Source: Raillietiella orientalis (Eukaryota). From it: DNA of 64,000 nt. Under the pieces are notes generated by a model. That model was not told the DNA's origin, made no database searches, and saw only the letters and a list, made by a program, of their open reading frames with translations. The DNA is taken from NCBI GenBank assembly GCA_036172245.1, contig JAYWIR010000014.1, positions 1,426,001 to 1,490,000 of the forward strand, written 5' to 3'. The translations under genes and the position numbers were made by a program. Of this stretch, positions 25,399 to 37,500 are shown piece after piece; positions within the stretch are counted from its first letter, which is position 1; each line of letters starts with the position of its first letter.

Positions 25399-28300
25399 CT
25401 GAGAAAAGATGCAAAATATGCTCTAGAAAATCTCTTCAGAATTTTGTATTTTAGTGATCGGAATGTAGAATTTGTTCCTTCCTGTGCAATAAGCAGATCT
25501 TTCAACCGTCCAGTGAACGTGACTTTGCATCATTTCCGGATCATCACACTCAAAGGCGCTGCGTTCGAAAGTGTCATTTTCCCGTCCATTCTGGCTCGCG
25601 AGGTGAGCTTGCACGCATTCCTCAGCACCCGATCCTTATCCCACCAGCGTTCAAGATTTGTGGGAAGATCTCCAGTCCCACATCTCGAGTTTTGCAGGAG
25701 CTGAGCAAAAATAGCAGGCCTTTTAGCGATTCCGACACTTGGCATGAGCGCAAACCGGCGCGAATGAGGACAACAGGAAGAAGACGTCGGCGGCTTCACT
25801 TCCGAAGGTACAGCCCGGAAACCAGGAGCTTGGCACTGTGGAAGAGCTGCCTCATCCAAGGAGAGCGGGGCGGGCGCACACCGCAGCCCATTCGGGCTCG
25901 GCCGGTAAAGAGCGCACAGGCTGCACTCGTGAAGATGCTCAACACGCTGTTTGTCCATCGCACGGCCGCTTACGTGCATCGATCGTTCAGAATGCTTAGC
26001 GGCAGAGCTGCGAGGAGGTGCGTCTTGCTGTTTACCAGAAGCACGATTCCTCCTGCACTTTCGTTTCTCCAGAGGACGTCTTCTGAGGTAACCAGCCGGG
26101 GGGTGCTGCCCAAGAATGAAAAGATCAACCATGAGAACTTGACATCTGAGTTTGGACAACGTTTTGCAATGTCCAGTGCCGTCCATGAAGTATCCGCTTC
26201 CTTCACCACCACTATCACCGTCACCATCGTCGTCATCGTCGTCACGGAAACCGACAACTTCGCTTGAGAAACATACGAAGAAAGATTCCTGCTGAAAAGG
26301 AAACAAAGGCAGCCAGATGCAGCTTCCTTGGAGCACTGTTTGTCCGCGCAAAACCTAGAGAGCAGAAACAGAGATGGCTGTGGATAAGGTGAGCTCAAGA
26401 CAGGCAGAGGTCGATGTAGCCGGAGAAACACAGAGCAGCCTATGTGGATGGTTCCTCTCCAGCGAGCTGCAGAATGGTCAACCCAGTGCATCTGTTCCCG
26501 AGCTGATACCAGAGCGGTCGACGAGGCTCCCAAAGGGGAAGGTGGCAGGGTGGAGCGCGGAAGAATGCGGGCGCCTCGGATTTTCGCTGCCGCTGGTGAA
26601 GAGGCAGGGCGTGAACCAAACGGTCGTTGGTTGCCAAGATGACGGGGCGGAAAGGGGGCACAGCGCCCAGGGGCTCGCAGGAGCCAACAACGTGCCAACG
26701 GATTCCGCTTTGCCCTCGCCGCCACGCGGCCGGGAAGCGCAGACCACCACCCCTCTCGAGAGGGAACCACAGTATGGCTCCGGATGGTGGATCTCGGACC
26801 TGCTGCCCCCGTGTTCACCAGGTCACGGGGGTGCGGGCGCTGCAGGACGAGTCGAAGTCCCATCCTGCAGCGCCCCATCTCGCGTAGGAGGGGCATCACA
26901 GGACGGGGGGGAGACCGCTGCTCCCTGGTCACTGTCAGTTGGAAAGCATAGCTGGAAGCACAGCCGCAGCGAGCGAGGACGCGGTTTGCCTGGAGGAATG
27001 TCTGAGGACCCCCTGGGTGCAGTTTCCCGAGCGAGTCTCGGAGGCGCGACAGGTCACGCTGCGACACGCGCGAGCGAGGCAACTGGAAGGCACCCAGATC
27101 TTCGAATCGTCTTCCTGGACGCGGGGTCAACCTCGGGTCCGAAGAAAAGGAGAAAAAAAAGGGGGAGTCTCCGAGGTTTTCAAACAATGCTGACGGGTGG
27201 CAGCGCCTACCCGCTGGCACCGAGAGACAGCCAGCACACACAACCCCGCGTCGTGGTTCCCGTTCGCCTTACGCCTCTCTCTCTCTCTCTGCAGCAGCGG
27301 CAGCCTAGCGACTGGCCGCTGAGCGGAAAATCGGAACGATCGCGACCGAGACTGCCGCTCGGTTGCCCCTGCCTCTGCACACGGAGGATGGGCGGGATGT
27401 CAGGGAGCACGGCCAGAGACTTCCTGAGGACGCGTCCCCTCCCCGACCACGGTGCCTTCCGGATGCTTCCGGGCATACGACAAGACCTGGAAGCTGGCCG
27501 CATCACGAGAGGTGGAAACGATCATTCAGCAGGGCAGGGCAAGCGTCCCAGATAGCGGGCCGAAGGGTGGGAAGCCACGAGTGTCCAAAGTGAACGCGAA
27601 CCTGCGAACTCGTGACCCACGAATGTCACTCATGATGATGACGCTGATTCGTGACCGCGGCTTCCCGAGCAGTGTTGCCTCGTGGCTACGTCGAACCTTC
27701 TTCTCATCTGAGGCGACCGCTGCTGAGGCACCGCGGCGCCACGATCGTTCTCGCCGAGGAGAGGAGGAGGAAGGAGAGTAGGTCCGAGGAGTCTCCGAAA
27801 GAAGACCGGGCGCGCCGCAACGAGAGGATCCTTGTTTCGGAGGGAGGTTTGCCGCGACGGGAAGGAAGGTCCCACCCTCCTGTGCCCCTACGAGCTCGAA
27901 GCCCCTCCCTCTACACCATTCGAAGCATGCCCGACTCTGCCAAGCGCAGACGCGCGGCGAGCGCACGTCGCGGATAGCGGCGCCTCTGACGTTGAACGCC
28001 GGCATTCGTCGCCGCCTGCATCACGCTCCGCTAATGAGCCCGGAGCCATTTATTCGATTCGCGCGTGACCTCGACATGCGGTCAGCAGCTGCACGAGCTC
28101 TGTGATGTGCTTGGGAGGCACCACCGAACTCCCGGCACCTGATGCTGCTGTCGGTAAAACCTTCCTTCCTTCCTCCCTCATCTCCGTTTCCCTTCCTCAT
28201 CCCGCGCTCCGCGCCGTCCGGCTGTTCTGGCAGCGTGCAAGAGCGGCGACCCCTGCCGAGAGACCGGATTCCTTGTCAACTCCTGCCGGGGAGTGACTTT

Positions 28301-30676
28301 CTCGGAGCCGGGCCGGACGGGAGAGCTTTGGTCGACACGTCCGCGTGCCCTCCTTCCCGGCCTAGCGAGGGGGAAGGGGAGCGGCGGTTCGAGCCCAGTA
28401 CGCGGCAAGCCACCCCATCCAGACTCCCCTTCTTTCCTGAATCTTCGTCCCTCCTCCCTGACGTCCCCCCGAGCTCCGCCCTTTCCAGGCAGAGAACTCC
28501 GCGCCTGTCGGCCTTTACGAAACGCCCCTTTGGGGGCTTCTGAGCCTCTGCCTCCCTCCTCCGAGAACCCTGCCACACCTATGCCATCCTCGAGAAAAGA
28601 GCGCTTTCGACCCCGGTGGAAGGCCAAGCGCTCCCCCTACCCGCCCACGAGGAAACTCCTCTCCTGTGTGTTCCTTCTCTCTGTTCCCCTCCACTGTCTA
28701 CCCTCCCTGACTCTCCGTCGCGGAGGAGGAGGGGGCGTTGACGCCCACTCCGACGAGCCTGGGCCTCCCGCCCGCAGAAGACCGGAAGAGATTTTCGCGT
28801 TCGCGACCCGGCAGAAACCCTCGATTTCTGCCGGGAAATAGCCCTCTTTCCCTGGAGGGATCCCCCTGACGGTGGTCGCGAACCGGGTGAGGAGAGTCCT
28901 CCTCACGCCTCCCGCGATCCGCAGACCCCCCCCCCGGCTGACCTCGGAAAAGGAGAGGCTGGAATTGTGCGAGGGCGGTACGGAACCCGGTCAGCTCCCT
29001 CTCCACCCCCAGCTCCTTCCTCAGGACCCCTCGCACTGGGAGCCGGCGGGCGGGCGCTCCACAGGTCGAGGAACCGCCGGGCCTGTCCCGGCTCGCGTGA
29101 GTCTGCCGACGGAGGACCATGGTTGCCAGACAGCAGGAGCAGCAGTCCTCATACGTGCCCCTTGTGTCTCCAACTCGCGATTTCGTAATTGGATCCTTCC
29201 CCTCCGCGGGCGAGAGGAGGTGACCAGGGCGCGGATGCACCGGAACGACCTGTATCTCTCTGGCCGTCAGCGAACGGTAGTCCCGTTTCTCCGGAAAGCA
29301 CCCGCGGCTCAGATGGACTGCTCCCTGGACGGTCAGTGAGGGTGGGGCGTCGGACCGATCCCGCCGAGCGAGCCCTGCAGCCGTTCCAGGCACCTGCGTG
29401 ATGAAGGGCTCGGCTGTCGCGAAGGTGAAGCGGGCGCCCAAGGGAGGCCGGTGGCCTGGTCAGCGTCCTCCTTCTCCCCGTGGCCGTCAGCAGCAGCTTC
29501 CTTCACCCAGAGACTGCCTACTGGCGAAAAAAACTCTGCAAGGTGCATGGAAGTCGCGGGGTCCTCTCCCCACCCTTTCTCTCCCTCCTTTTCCTGTGTC
29601 CTTGTCTCTCTTGAGACCGTGCTACTCTTGAGTACCGGGGATGGCCCTGGGAGACACGACTCTCCCGGATGAAGCCTGTCCCTGCTCGCCCGCCTCGTGC
29701 GCGGAGCAACGGGTCGCGGATCGGGCGCGCCAAACGCGAGGGGCGAAACCGCCAGGTTGTGCGCACCCGCGCGAGCGCGGCGGGGGTGGCGCGCCCAGAG
29801 TCCCACCTCCCGCACGAAGCGGTCTCCCGCCGCTGGGTACAGCGGCTGTCTGACCCCACCCGGGGGGGCTCCCGGCCGGGACTGCCGCTTCTCCAGCAAC
29901 AGCAGCCGGTGGCGGCCGCAGGCTGCGCGGCCGACCCTCGAGTGCCCCGCCGATACTTTGTATTTCAATGTTCGGGATTCTCTTGCTCGGAGGGACGAAC
30001 GGATGCTCTGGTCTACCGATACCGGTGGAAGGCAAGCAGCTCCTAGGAACCGCGCATCTGCAAGGTAACCTCCGGCGCGAGAGCTCGAGTGGTCCTACCC
30101 GTCGATAAGAAAACGGGATCCCCGTTGTTTATGTCGTGGAAAACAGGACCGCGGAGCTTTCCCTCTCGGGAGTTCCTCTGACGACGTCTCAAACACTCCG
30201 CTGTCTTCGCATCAGACCTAGTGCCAACGAGGGATCTCTCTCTTTTATTCGGTCCTGATCTCCTGAATCTCACGTATAGAACACGCACGCACGCATGCAC
30301 AGTTTCGTCCCCCCCCCCCCCTCCCTCTCGTTTGCTACTTGAGCTCCTTGTGAAATCGCATCTTTCTGTGATGCAGACGGCTAGATCCTTGCGATGCTTT
30401 TGACTGCTGCGAATTCGCTCCAGATTTCCTCTCCGCCAGTGAACGAGAAGGTGAGCGCATCCGAAAAGAAGCGATCGCAAGCATCCGAGGCCCGTGTTGC
30501 TTGAGGAAAGAAGGAAAACAAATGGACGTGCTGCGGTCGCGTTCAGGAGCGGGGAGAGGGGGGGAGGAGAAAGAGAGTTTCGTCCGCGAGAGCGCGTCGC
30601 GCTGGCGTTCTGATCCGATCGCGCACGGGGCCGGAAAGTTTCGCCTGCCGTGGGAGAGATGGCGGAACCGGTCGAG

Positions 30677-30686
30677 GTCACGTGAC
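30677..30686. promoter_or_regulatory. Palindromic extended E-box GTCACGTGAC (CLEAR/USF-type motif)
   Basis: Exact 10-bp palindrome in a CpG-rich block next to poly-T tracts. Function not demonstrated. Confidence 0.3.
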
Positions 30687-31594
30687 TTTTCCCGGAGCTC
30701 AGTCTCGCCCTTTGCGCGTCTTTTCTTTCTTTCTTTTCTTTTTTTTTTTCCTTTTTCTTTTTTGTTCGCTGCTAAAATCGCGAGACACTTTTTCCTCCTG
30801 TCCGCTGGAGCAAAAGACTTCGTGCGGTTGCTCGTTTGATTGATCATCTGGCGGAGGAGCGCTTGCGGGTGGACATTCAACCCCAACTGTCTCCCACGCG
30901 TGGGCGGCGATTCCAGAGTGCGTTTTTTTTTTTTTCTTTCTTTTTCTTTTTTTTTTGGCGATGACGCTCGTAGCCGCGAGACCGACTGGGAGATTGGAAA
31001 AACCTGGCCCGCCTCGCTCGCTCGCGCGAGGCACAGGACGGGTCGTTCACCAGACCTCATTCAGCGGACAGACGCATCGGTACCGAACAATCGTGGAATA
31101 ACGGTGGAAGAAACCGTAAAGATAACAGAAAGGCCCAAAGCGTTGTCTCCGGATCTGTAAATGATCTCTGACGATTATAAAGCCATAAGATTAGAGGGGG
31201 CAGGAAGGAAGGAGGAGGGGAGAGAAGCACGAAAAGGTCGAGTACGCTCTGACCAGAAACTGAGGGAAGCAAGGACAACGAGTGAAATCCGGCGTGAAAT
31301 CGGGCGAGATACGGGCGGCCTCTCCTCCGTCCCGAAATCCTGGGAGCAGCACCGTCACGGAACGGGAGCCGACAATCAGTTCATTTCATCCCGCGAGGGG
31401 AACTACACGTGCAGGTGTCGGAGAAGGGTAAGCCGTCCCCTGCGAGGATGCTCTGCCCAAGTCCACGTGGTCCTCTCCTCCGAAGGCATTCCTCACGGGG
31501 CGTTCCCCATCACCGCGGTCCCCCAGAGGGAAGTTCGCCGTTCGCGGTCGGCCACGCGGTGTCTGCGGAAGCGGTTCCTGGACAGGAGTGTGAC

Positions 31595-32250
31595 GAGCCT
31601 CCGCACGCAGAGGCGCCAGGCGTCTCGGGTTCGAATCCCGCCCGGGGCAAGGATCGACGCCGAAAAATGGGGCGTCGGGGGTTTCGAGTGCCCCCCCCCG
31701 CACGATGGCTCTAGTTGGTTTATTAGGGTGTGGCAGCACTGGAGGAAACCGGATGCCCCGTTGACTGGCCGGAATTGGAAGTCGATCCTCCGGGGTTCTT
31801 CCAGAAATCAAGAGCCGTTCCCCTCCGATTGTGAAAATGGAGCCGCCCTCCCCCTCGTGGAGGAGGACCCTCCATCGCGTACCACACAGCTGGTTGGTAC
31901 CCCTCTCGGAGGTTGTCTCTCCAGAGTGTTAAGAAGCGCGCTGCTTTCTTACGGGTGCGCCCTTCAGAGAAATTGGGAAGCGCCCCTTCGGGGTTCCCTC
32001 GAGAGGAGGAAACCTGGAGCGGTTCCCTTGAGGGTTCCCTGCGCAGGAGAAACGAGGAGTTCATCCCTCCGGGGGGTGCTTTCGGTAGAGAATAAGGAAG
32101 AAGAGGATCCCTTCGGAGACAACTAGGGCGAGGGTTCCCTTTCGGACTCCCCACCAAGCGCAAGAGGAACGGACTCCCCTTCTCCGGAGCCCTTCCTGGA
32201 TTCATAGGGCGATCCCTCCTGGGTTCCTCTTAACTCTTGAAGAGTTACAC
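31595..32250 (+). mobile_element. tRNA-derived SINE, family 1 (left arm of inverted repeat)
   Basis: B box GGTTCGAATCC at 31628-31638, family body, and tail TAACTCTTGAAGAGTTAC. Confidence 0.9.
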
Positions 32251-34486
32251 GCAGTCTCTGGTGACATGGGCAGCGTTAAGGCGCTTCATCAGCATCTCCC
32301 CACTCTCCTTCCTTCCTTCCCAAGGAAGTGGACGGTTCTCGGAAACTTGGTGGACCCTGCCGGAGGAATCGCTGAACCCATGCAGATAGCCGGCTGGAAA
32401 CGTCCTACAGGAAGAAAGCAAACTTCCCGTCTTCCAGAAGACTCTGTTACGTGCTCTTTTTGTAGGACCCCTGGTGCTTCCTTGAGTGCTGCCAAGTTCG
32501 TGTCTGTGAAAGACGCCTGCGGCTGTCCTCGTCCATGGACACAGCCGGCACATCAACTCAACACATCGACTTGGATATCCTCCGAACGACCCGGCAGGGA
32601 CCCAGATAGCCATGTCCCCTGAAGACCACCAATCGCTGAAGACCAGAGAACCAGGGTTTCCTCTGGTGTCGGACGAAATTCTGAGGTTGGAACTGTTAAG
32701 GGTGAACGAGGAGCATCCCGATGAGGAACGCTCTTCGTCTTGGACAACCCTCTGCGAACCAAACCTTCTCCAGCAATGGCAGGGCTGAATCCATCTCCTG
32801 ATCTTTGGGGTGAAACTCCCACCCAGAGTGGAGCAATAGCTGAACCACTTCCCAGCCTCGTTTCTGCGGAACTATGACGTAATCACCACTGAGACTCAGA
32901 CTTCCCACGGTTGGCTGTAGGAGGGAAAACAAAGGTCCCTGGCCAAGTGGCACGTGGGTAAAAACGTCGGGAATGAATTCCTCCGTGACATTTTACCGGC
33001 CTGTTCTGTGGGCAGTTCCTGTGCTGGTGCTGCAGAGTGCGATGCAGGCATTCGCCATCGCTGATGCGTCTTCGTGAGCCGTGGCCGGATGCTTCGACAA
33101 AAATACGGAGACCTGAAACAGAACGTTTGCCATCGGTCGCCGAGACTTCTACCGCCGGTTACTGTAGCAGCTGCCCCACCAGATTCTCCATTTCCTTCCC
33201 ACTGTTTCCCTGCTTCTTTCCAATCCATGCGCAGTACACGCCTCCACACAGATCCTGCGAGGATTTTTTTTCTGTTTCCATGGGGCTCTCAAGGGGCTGG
33301 TGACCCTGATCGTAAGGAGAATCTACAATTCCTCCGAAAAGGCCCGTTTCCCATCATTCGGAGAACGAGGGACCCGGGGCTAGGAATCGTCACCTCCCGG
33401 TTCGCTAATCGTCCCGGTCCGGAAACACCGTTGTAGCCTCGAGGAGACATGCGAAGGGCCAGAGATTTCTCCACACAGCAGAAGCAAATAAAGGGAGTTT
33501 TCTGGTTCCTTCTCCTTTCTGGATCCACTGCTCTAGCAGTTTCAGAAATCTCGAGGACCAGGGAAACTCGTGCTGTTCCAGAGGCGGGGTGGGGTGAGGA
33601 AGAACAGCCTCTTTCCATGCGGCCGTAGCGGAAGCCCCTACAGAACGATTTCTGCGTTCTGAGCTCCTCAGGTGGATCAAAACCATCTGACCGACCAGAC
33701 CTCGGAATTTTTTCTGGTTTGGGCGGTTGAGGGGGGGGGGGGCAGGGGTTTCTTTTTTTCCTTTTTTCTTTTGGTTCACCACGTGCTGAAGAACTGTTCG
33801 TCTGGAGGCTCACAAAGCTCCTTAACGCTGCCCGTGTCACCAGAGACTGCGTGTAACTCTTCAAGAGTTAAGAGGAACCCAGGAGGGATCGCCCTATGAA
33901 TCCAGGAAGGGCTCCGGAGAAGGGGAGTCCGTTCCTCTTGCGCTTGGTGGGGAGTCCGAAAGGGAACCCTCGCCCTAGTTGTCTCCGAAGGGATCCTCTT
34001 CTTCCTTATTCTCTACCGAAAGCACCCCCCGGAGGGATGAACTCCTCGTTTCTCCTGCGCAGGGAACCCTCAAGGGAACCGCTCCAGGTTTCCTCCTCTC
34101 GAGGGAACCCCGAAGGGGCGCTTCCCAATTTCTCTGAAGGGCGCACCCGTAAGAAAGCAGCGCGCTTCTTAACACTCTGGAGAGACAACCTCCGAGAGGG
34201 GTACCAACCAGCTGTGTGGTACGCGATGGAGGGTCCTCCTCCACGAGGGGGAGGGCGGCTCCATTTTCACAATCGGAGGGGAACGGCTCTTGATTTCTGG
34301 AAGAACCCCGGAGGATCGACTTCCAATTCCGGCCAGTCAACGGGGCATCCGGTTTCCTCCAGTGCTGCCACACCCTAATAAACCAACTAGAGCCATCGTG
34401 CGGGGGGGGGCACTCGAAACCCCCGACGCCCCATTTTTCGGCGTCGATCCTTGCCCCGGGCGGGATTCGAACCCGAGACGCCTGGC
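31615..34486. repeat. Long inverted repeat: arms 31615-32286 and 33815-34486, spacer ~1.53 kb
   Basis: The arms are reverse complements with a constant coordinate sum of 66101. The ORF track gives identical 160-aa translations at 31723-32205(-) and 33896-34378(+). In the stretches compared by eye I found mismatches only near the inner ends (32266/33835 and 32282/33819). Confidence 0.95.
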
Positions 34487-34525
34487 CTCTCAGAGGCCGC
34501 GTACGTGGACAACAGAGCCACCGGA
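33851..34525 (-). mobile_element. tRNA-derived SINE, family 1 (right arm of inverted repeat)
   Basis: The minus strand reads GGTGGCTCTGTTG (A-box-like) ... GGTTCGAATCC (B box, 34463-34473), then the family body and tail. Confidence 0.9.
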
Positions 34526-37500
34526 TTGTCTAGGAAACGTCATCACTGCATTGATCTGAGCTTGACTAAAGAGTTCACGAGCTCCCACCGCTTGTCTGTC
34601 CCTCTCTGGCTATCCATTCCCCGATAAATTGCCGTCTCGTCAGAATCATGAGGATGAAGAGCAGGCGATTCTGAAGAGGGAAACCGGAAAATTTCCTCCC
34701 CAGCACAACCTAAATGTTCCTGGTATTCCCTTTCACGAGGGAAGAAGCGTTTCTGAGGGCAAGTCATGTCAGCGTAACACCGCATCGACGAGCGACTTTG
34801 ATGCGCATGAGATGAGCAGCACAGAAGAAGACATCAGTTGCCTTTCGATGCAGATGTCAAAGCTACTGAAAGAGGACTGGCGCACAGTGATACTTCGAAA
34901 CAATCAAGAGTAACGAGTCACAGGAAGCACTCCATGTCAACAGACTCTTTACCAGTTGTGTGAGAATGTCACTACCAACAAATATTCTATATAGAGACCT
35001 CGTCCCATTGTCGCCACCACCTAGCATCCTAGAAGGATCACCTGTTTGTGTTAGACGGTGAGTGTTCTTCAAGTGCCATTCGCCAGCTCAGCTCATTGAA
35101 ATCACACAGCTCGTTGAAAGTTGTGAGCACCACCGTTTTGAGTAGAAGTAGGAACTTCCTATGTTGCCATGCTGTTGTTTTGGAGTCGCGGACCTTGAGA
35201 AAGATAAGGGTGTTTTACTACCATGGAGACAGCTGCACCTTGTGTGGAAAAAAAGGATATCGAAGGGAGGTGAAGCTCTGAGGTTTAGCGGAATCATTTG
35301 GAGGGAAGCCTTTGCCTGCTTTTTTCGTATCCTTTCACTTCTTTTTGCAAGAAGAATACGGATGGTGCCACACGGATGATAGCGTTTGTCTTCTCCTGAT
35401 AACTACCAGGAGGATCGACTCCTTTGTTAACAAGATCACGTGACGTATCCGAAATCTCCACGCATCTATTTTCTGTTTCGGCTTTGATCTAGCCTTCGAG
35501 CCAAAGTGCGCACAAACTTTTCCATGACCGAACGCCAAGATACAAATCTTCACCAGGACAAAGCTGGCCCCGGCGCTAGAGCCGTCACGTGAGCAGGCAC
35601 AAAAACGTCTGGAAACTCTCCTTCACTAAAAGCCGTATAATGGGAGGAATCGCGGACTCTTATCGAACAAACGACAGACGCTGCGTTGTCTGCAGAGCTT
35701 GTATGCAGAGGCATCCAGCCAACTCTGCCCAAACATCTTAGCGGACCTGGTTCTCTTGGAAACCATCTGTGTGTACACAGAGCTGGCGTAAGGGTACTTA
35801 TCGGCAGCATCCTGGATCAGCAGATCAGCGGATCTATCAGGTTTCAGAAAATAGAGAACATTGATAATGGATCCCACTGGCTAAGGGCTCCTCCGAGATA
35901 GGGAAGTCGCAACAGCAGCTCCCCGGGCAGCTTCTGAGCGATTCTGTCTCTCGTGGTCGAAGATAAGCGGCCTCGTGATGATTCGGAATGCCGCAGCTGC
36001 ACGAAATCTGTCCTCTTCCAGGATCCCGCTTTCGCGTGACATCACAGATTTCTTTCCATCGAATCAGGATGGGAGGAAATCCATCCGTGGCGTGGCGTGT
36101 TCCAGGTTTTCCCCACGTAACCGTTTCTCACGTCCCGAGCGCCTCACTTTGCGTGCTTGCAGATGGCGCGGAATTGCCCGCGTCAAGGATATCCACTGCG
36201 GCGTCTTCTGGAACAGCCCCAGCGGCACAGCGAAAAGTTCGAGATCGAAGGTATGGATGAGGAAATTTGTCGAACGGTCCTGCAGAGGGAAAAGAAAGCC
36301 TCGGGCAATGCGCTCGGAAGCTGCCGTCGGAAGAAGCAGGATCGTGCAAAGGGAGGATCCTGCGGAGAAAGATCCAAGGGGAAGGTGCGTGAGCTCTTCC
36401 GAGTCGAAAGAGAGAAGGAAAAAAAAAGGAGGAGGAGAAGAAACTCCTGGATAGAAGAACCTCAGAGGACACGGCGAGAACAGCGTCCTCTCCAAGGCGC
36501 ATCATCATAAAAAGCTGAGGGCACCCCTTCTGCTGAGAAGCAAAGCAGGGCAAAGGCTACCGGGGACGCGAGTCTTCCTAAGGATCCTGAGGAGGGAAAA
36601 GACCCTCTCTGCCCCAGAAGAGGTTGAACGTCCCAGGGTTCCTTGAAAGAAGTGGCTTTGAAGGAGCATCAGTCAGGAATAACGTGGGACAACTGGGAAC
36701 CCGGAGGGAAGAAGAGAGCGGACGGGAACCACCAGCTGGAAGAGTTGTTTCCATTGAAGACAGTGGTGGTGACAGCGAGGACCAGCAGGAAATCATTCCA
36801 AGACACAAGATGTGGGGAGAGTTGGTTCTCTGTTCTCGGAATCCTCTCAATCAGAACTCCAAAAGAAAAAGGGATCTCCCTCCCCACTGTGGCTGTCGGA
36901 TGTGACAGGAAGAGTCGATCTTTTCTTCGAGACAAGTCCGTGCCCCACAGCATCCTCAGTGCAGGATGAGAAGACGTCATTGCGGCAGGGTGCACCCTTT
37001 TTCACCTTGCCCTCCTCCGACTGCCAGCTCTGGGACGAAATAGGGATCTGAAGAATTGTAGGCAATCTTCACCCTCAGGCATTTTCACTTTCGAAATAGC
37101 TTCCGCTTCTTTGAGCATCCGGTAGAGTTCTCTTGAAAGCATGGAGCAGCAAAAGGAGAGGGTCGCGGCGGGAAAGCGGCTGTTGACCGGCAGCGGCGGA
37201 TGATAACAGGACAGCCCAGAATCCTGGGGCGTCCCTGAGAGCGGATCGAAGTCCTTCTTCGAGGAAAGAAGTCGTCGGGAGATCGTTCTCCCTCTTCCTC
37301 GAGCATCGCGCACCCTTCGCTCTGAGGGCTGGGACCGCCCGGAGGCAGCAGCAAAAAGTTCGCCGTGACGATGACGGCTACCCTGTGCAAAGAGGGAGGA
37401 GGTTAAATTTCGGGAGGGGGAAGACCCCCTTTCTTCCCAAGAGAACGTCCGGGTCGAGGTGAAGTCGTTTCCGCATCCACAATCAGGGAGAAGGAGCCCA

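Noticed and set aside
25970..27555. 423-aa and 393-aa overlapping ORFs on opposite strands as genes
   Set aside because: Both are Arg/Pro/Gly/Ser-rich translations typical of GC-rich non-coding DNA. They overlap each other and contain no recognisable domain.
31600..31660. tRNA genes at the GGTTCGAATCC motifs (also near 9110, 12060, 34468, 50462 and 51420)
   Set aside because: There is no complete cloverleaf or downstream T-run terminator, and each motif continues into the same several-hundred-bp repeat body. They are SINE heads.
32466..32609. QHIDLDILRT resembling the TBC Rab-GAP IxxDxxR motif in the inverted-repeat spacer
   Set aside because: A stop codon follows within a few residues, and no YxQG motif or other TBC segment is visible nearby.
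31723..34378. Duplicated 160-aa ORF as a gene pair or transposase
   Set aside because: It is the antisense reading of the SINE body and is not kept open in the other copies.
35230..35281. CTLCGKKGY as a gag zinc knuckle
   Set aside because: It lacks the His and the final Cys of CX2CX4HX4C, and no LTRs or pol motifs are nearby.
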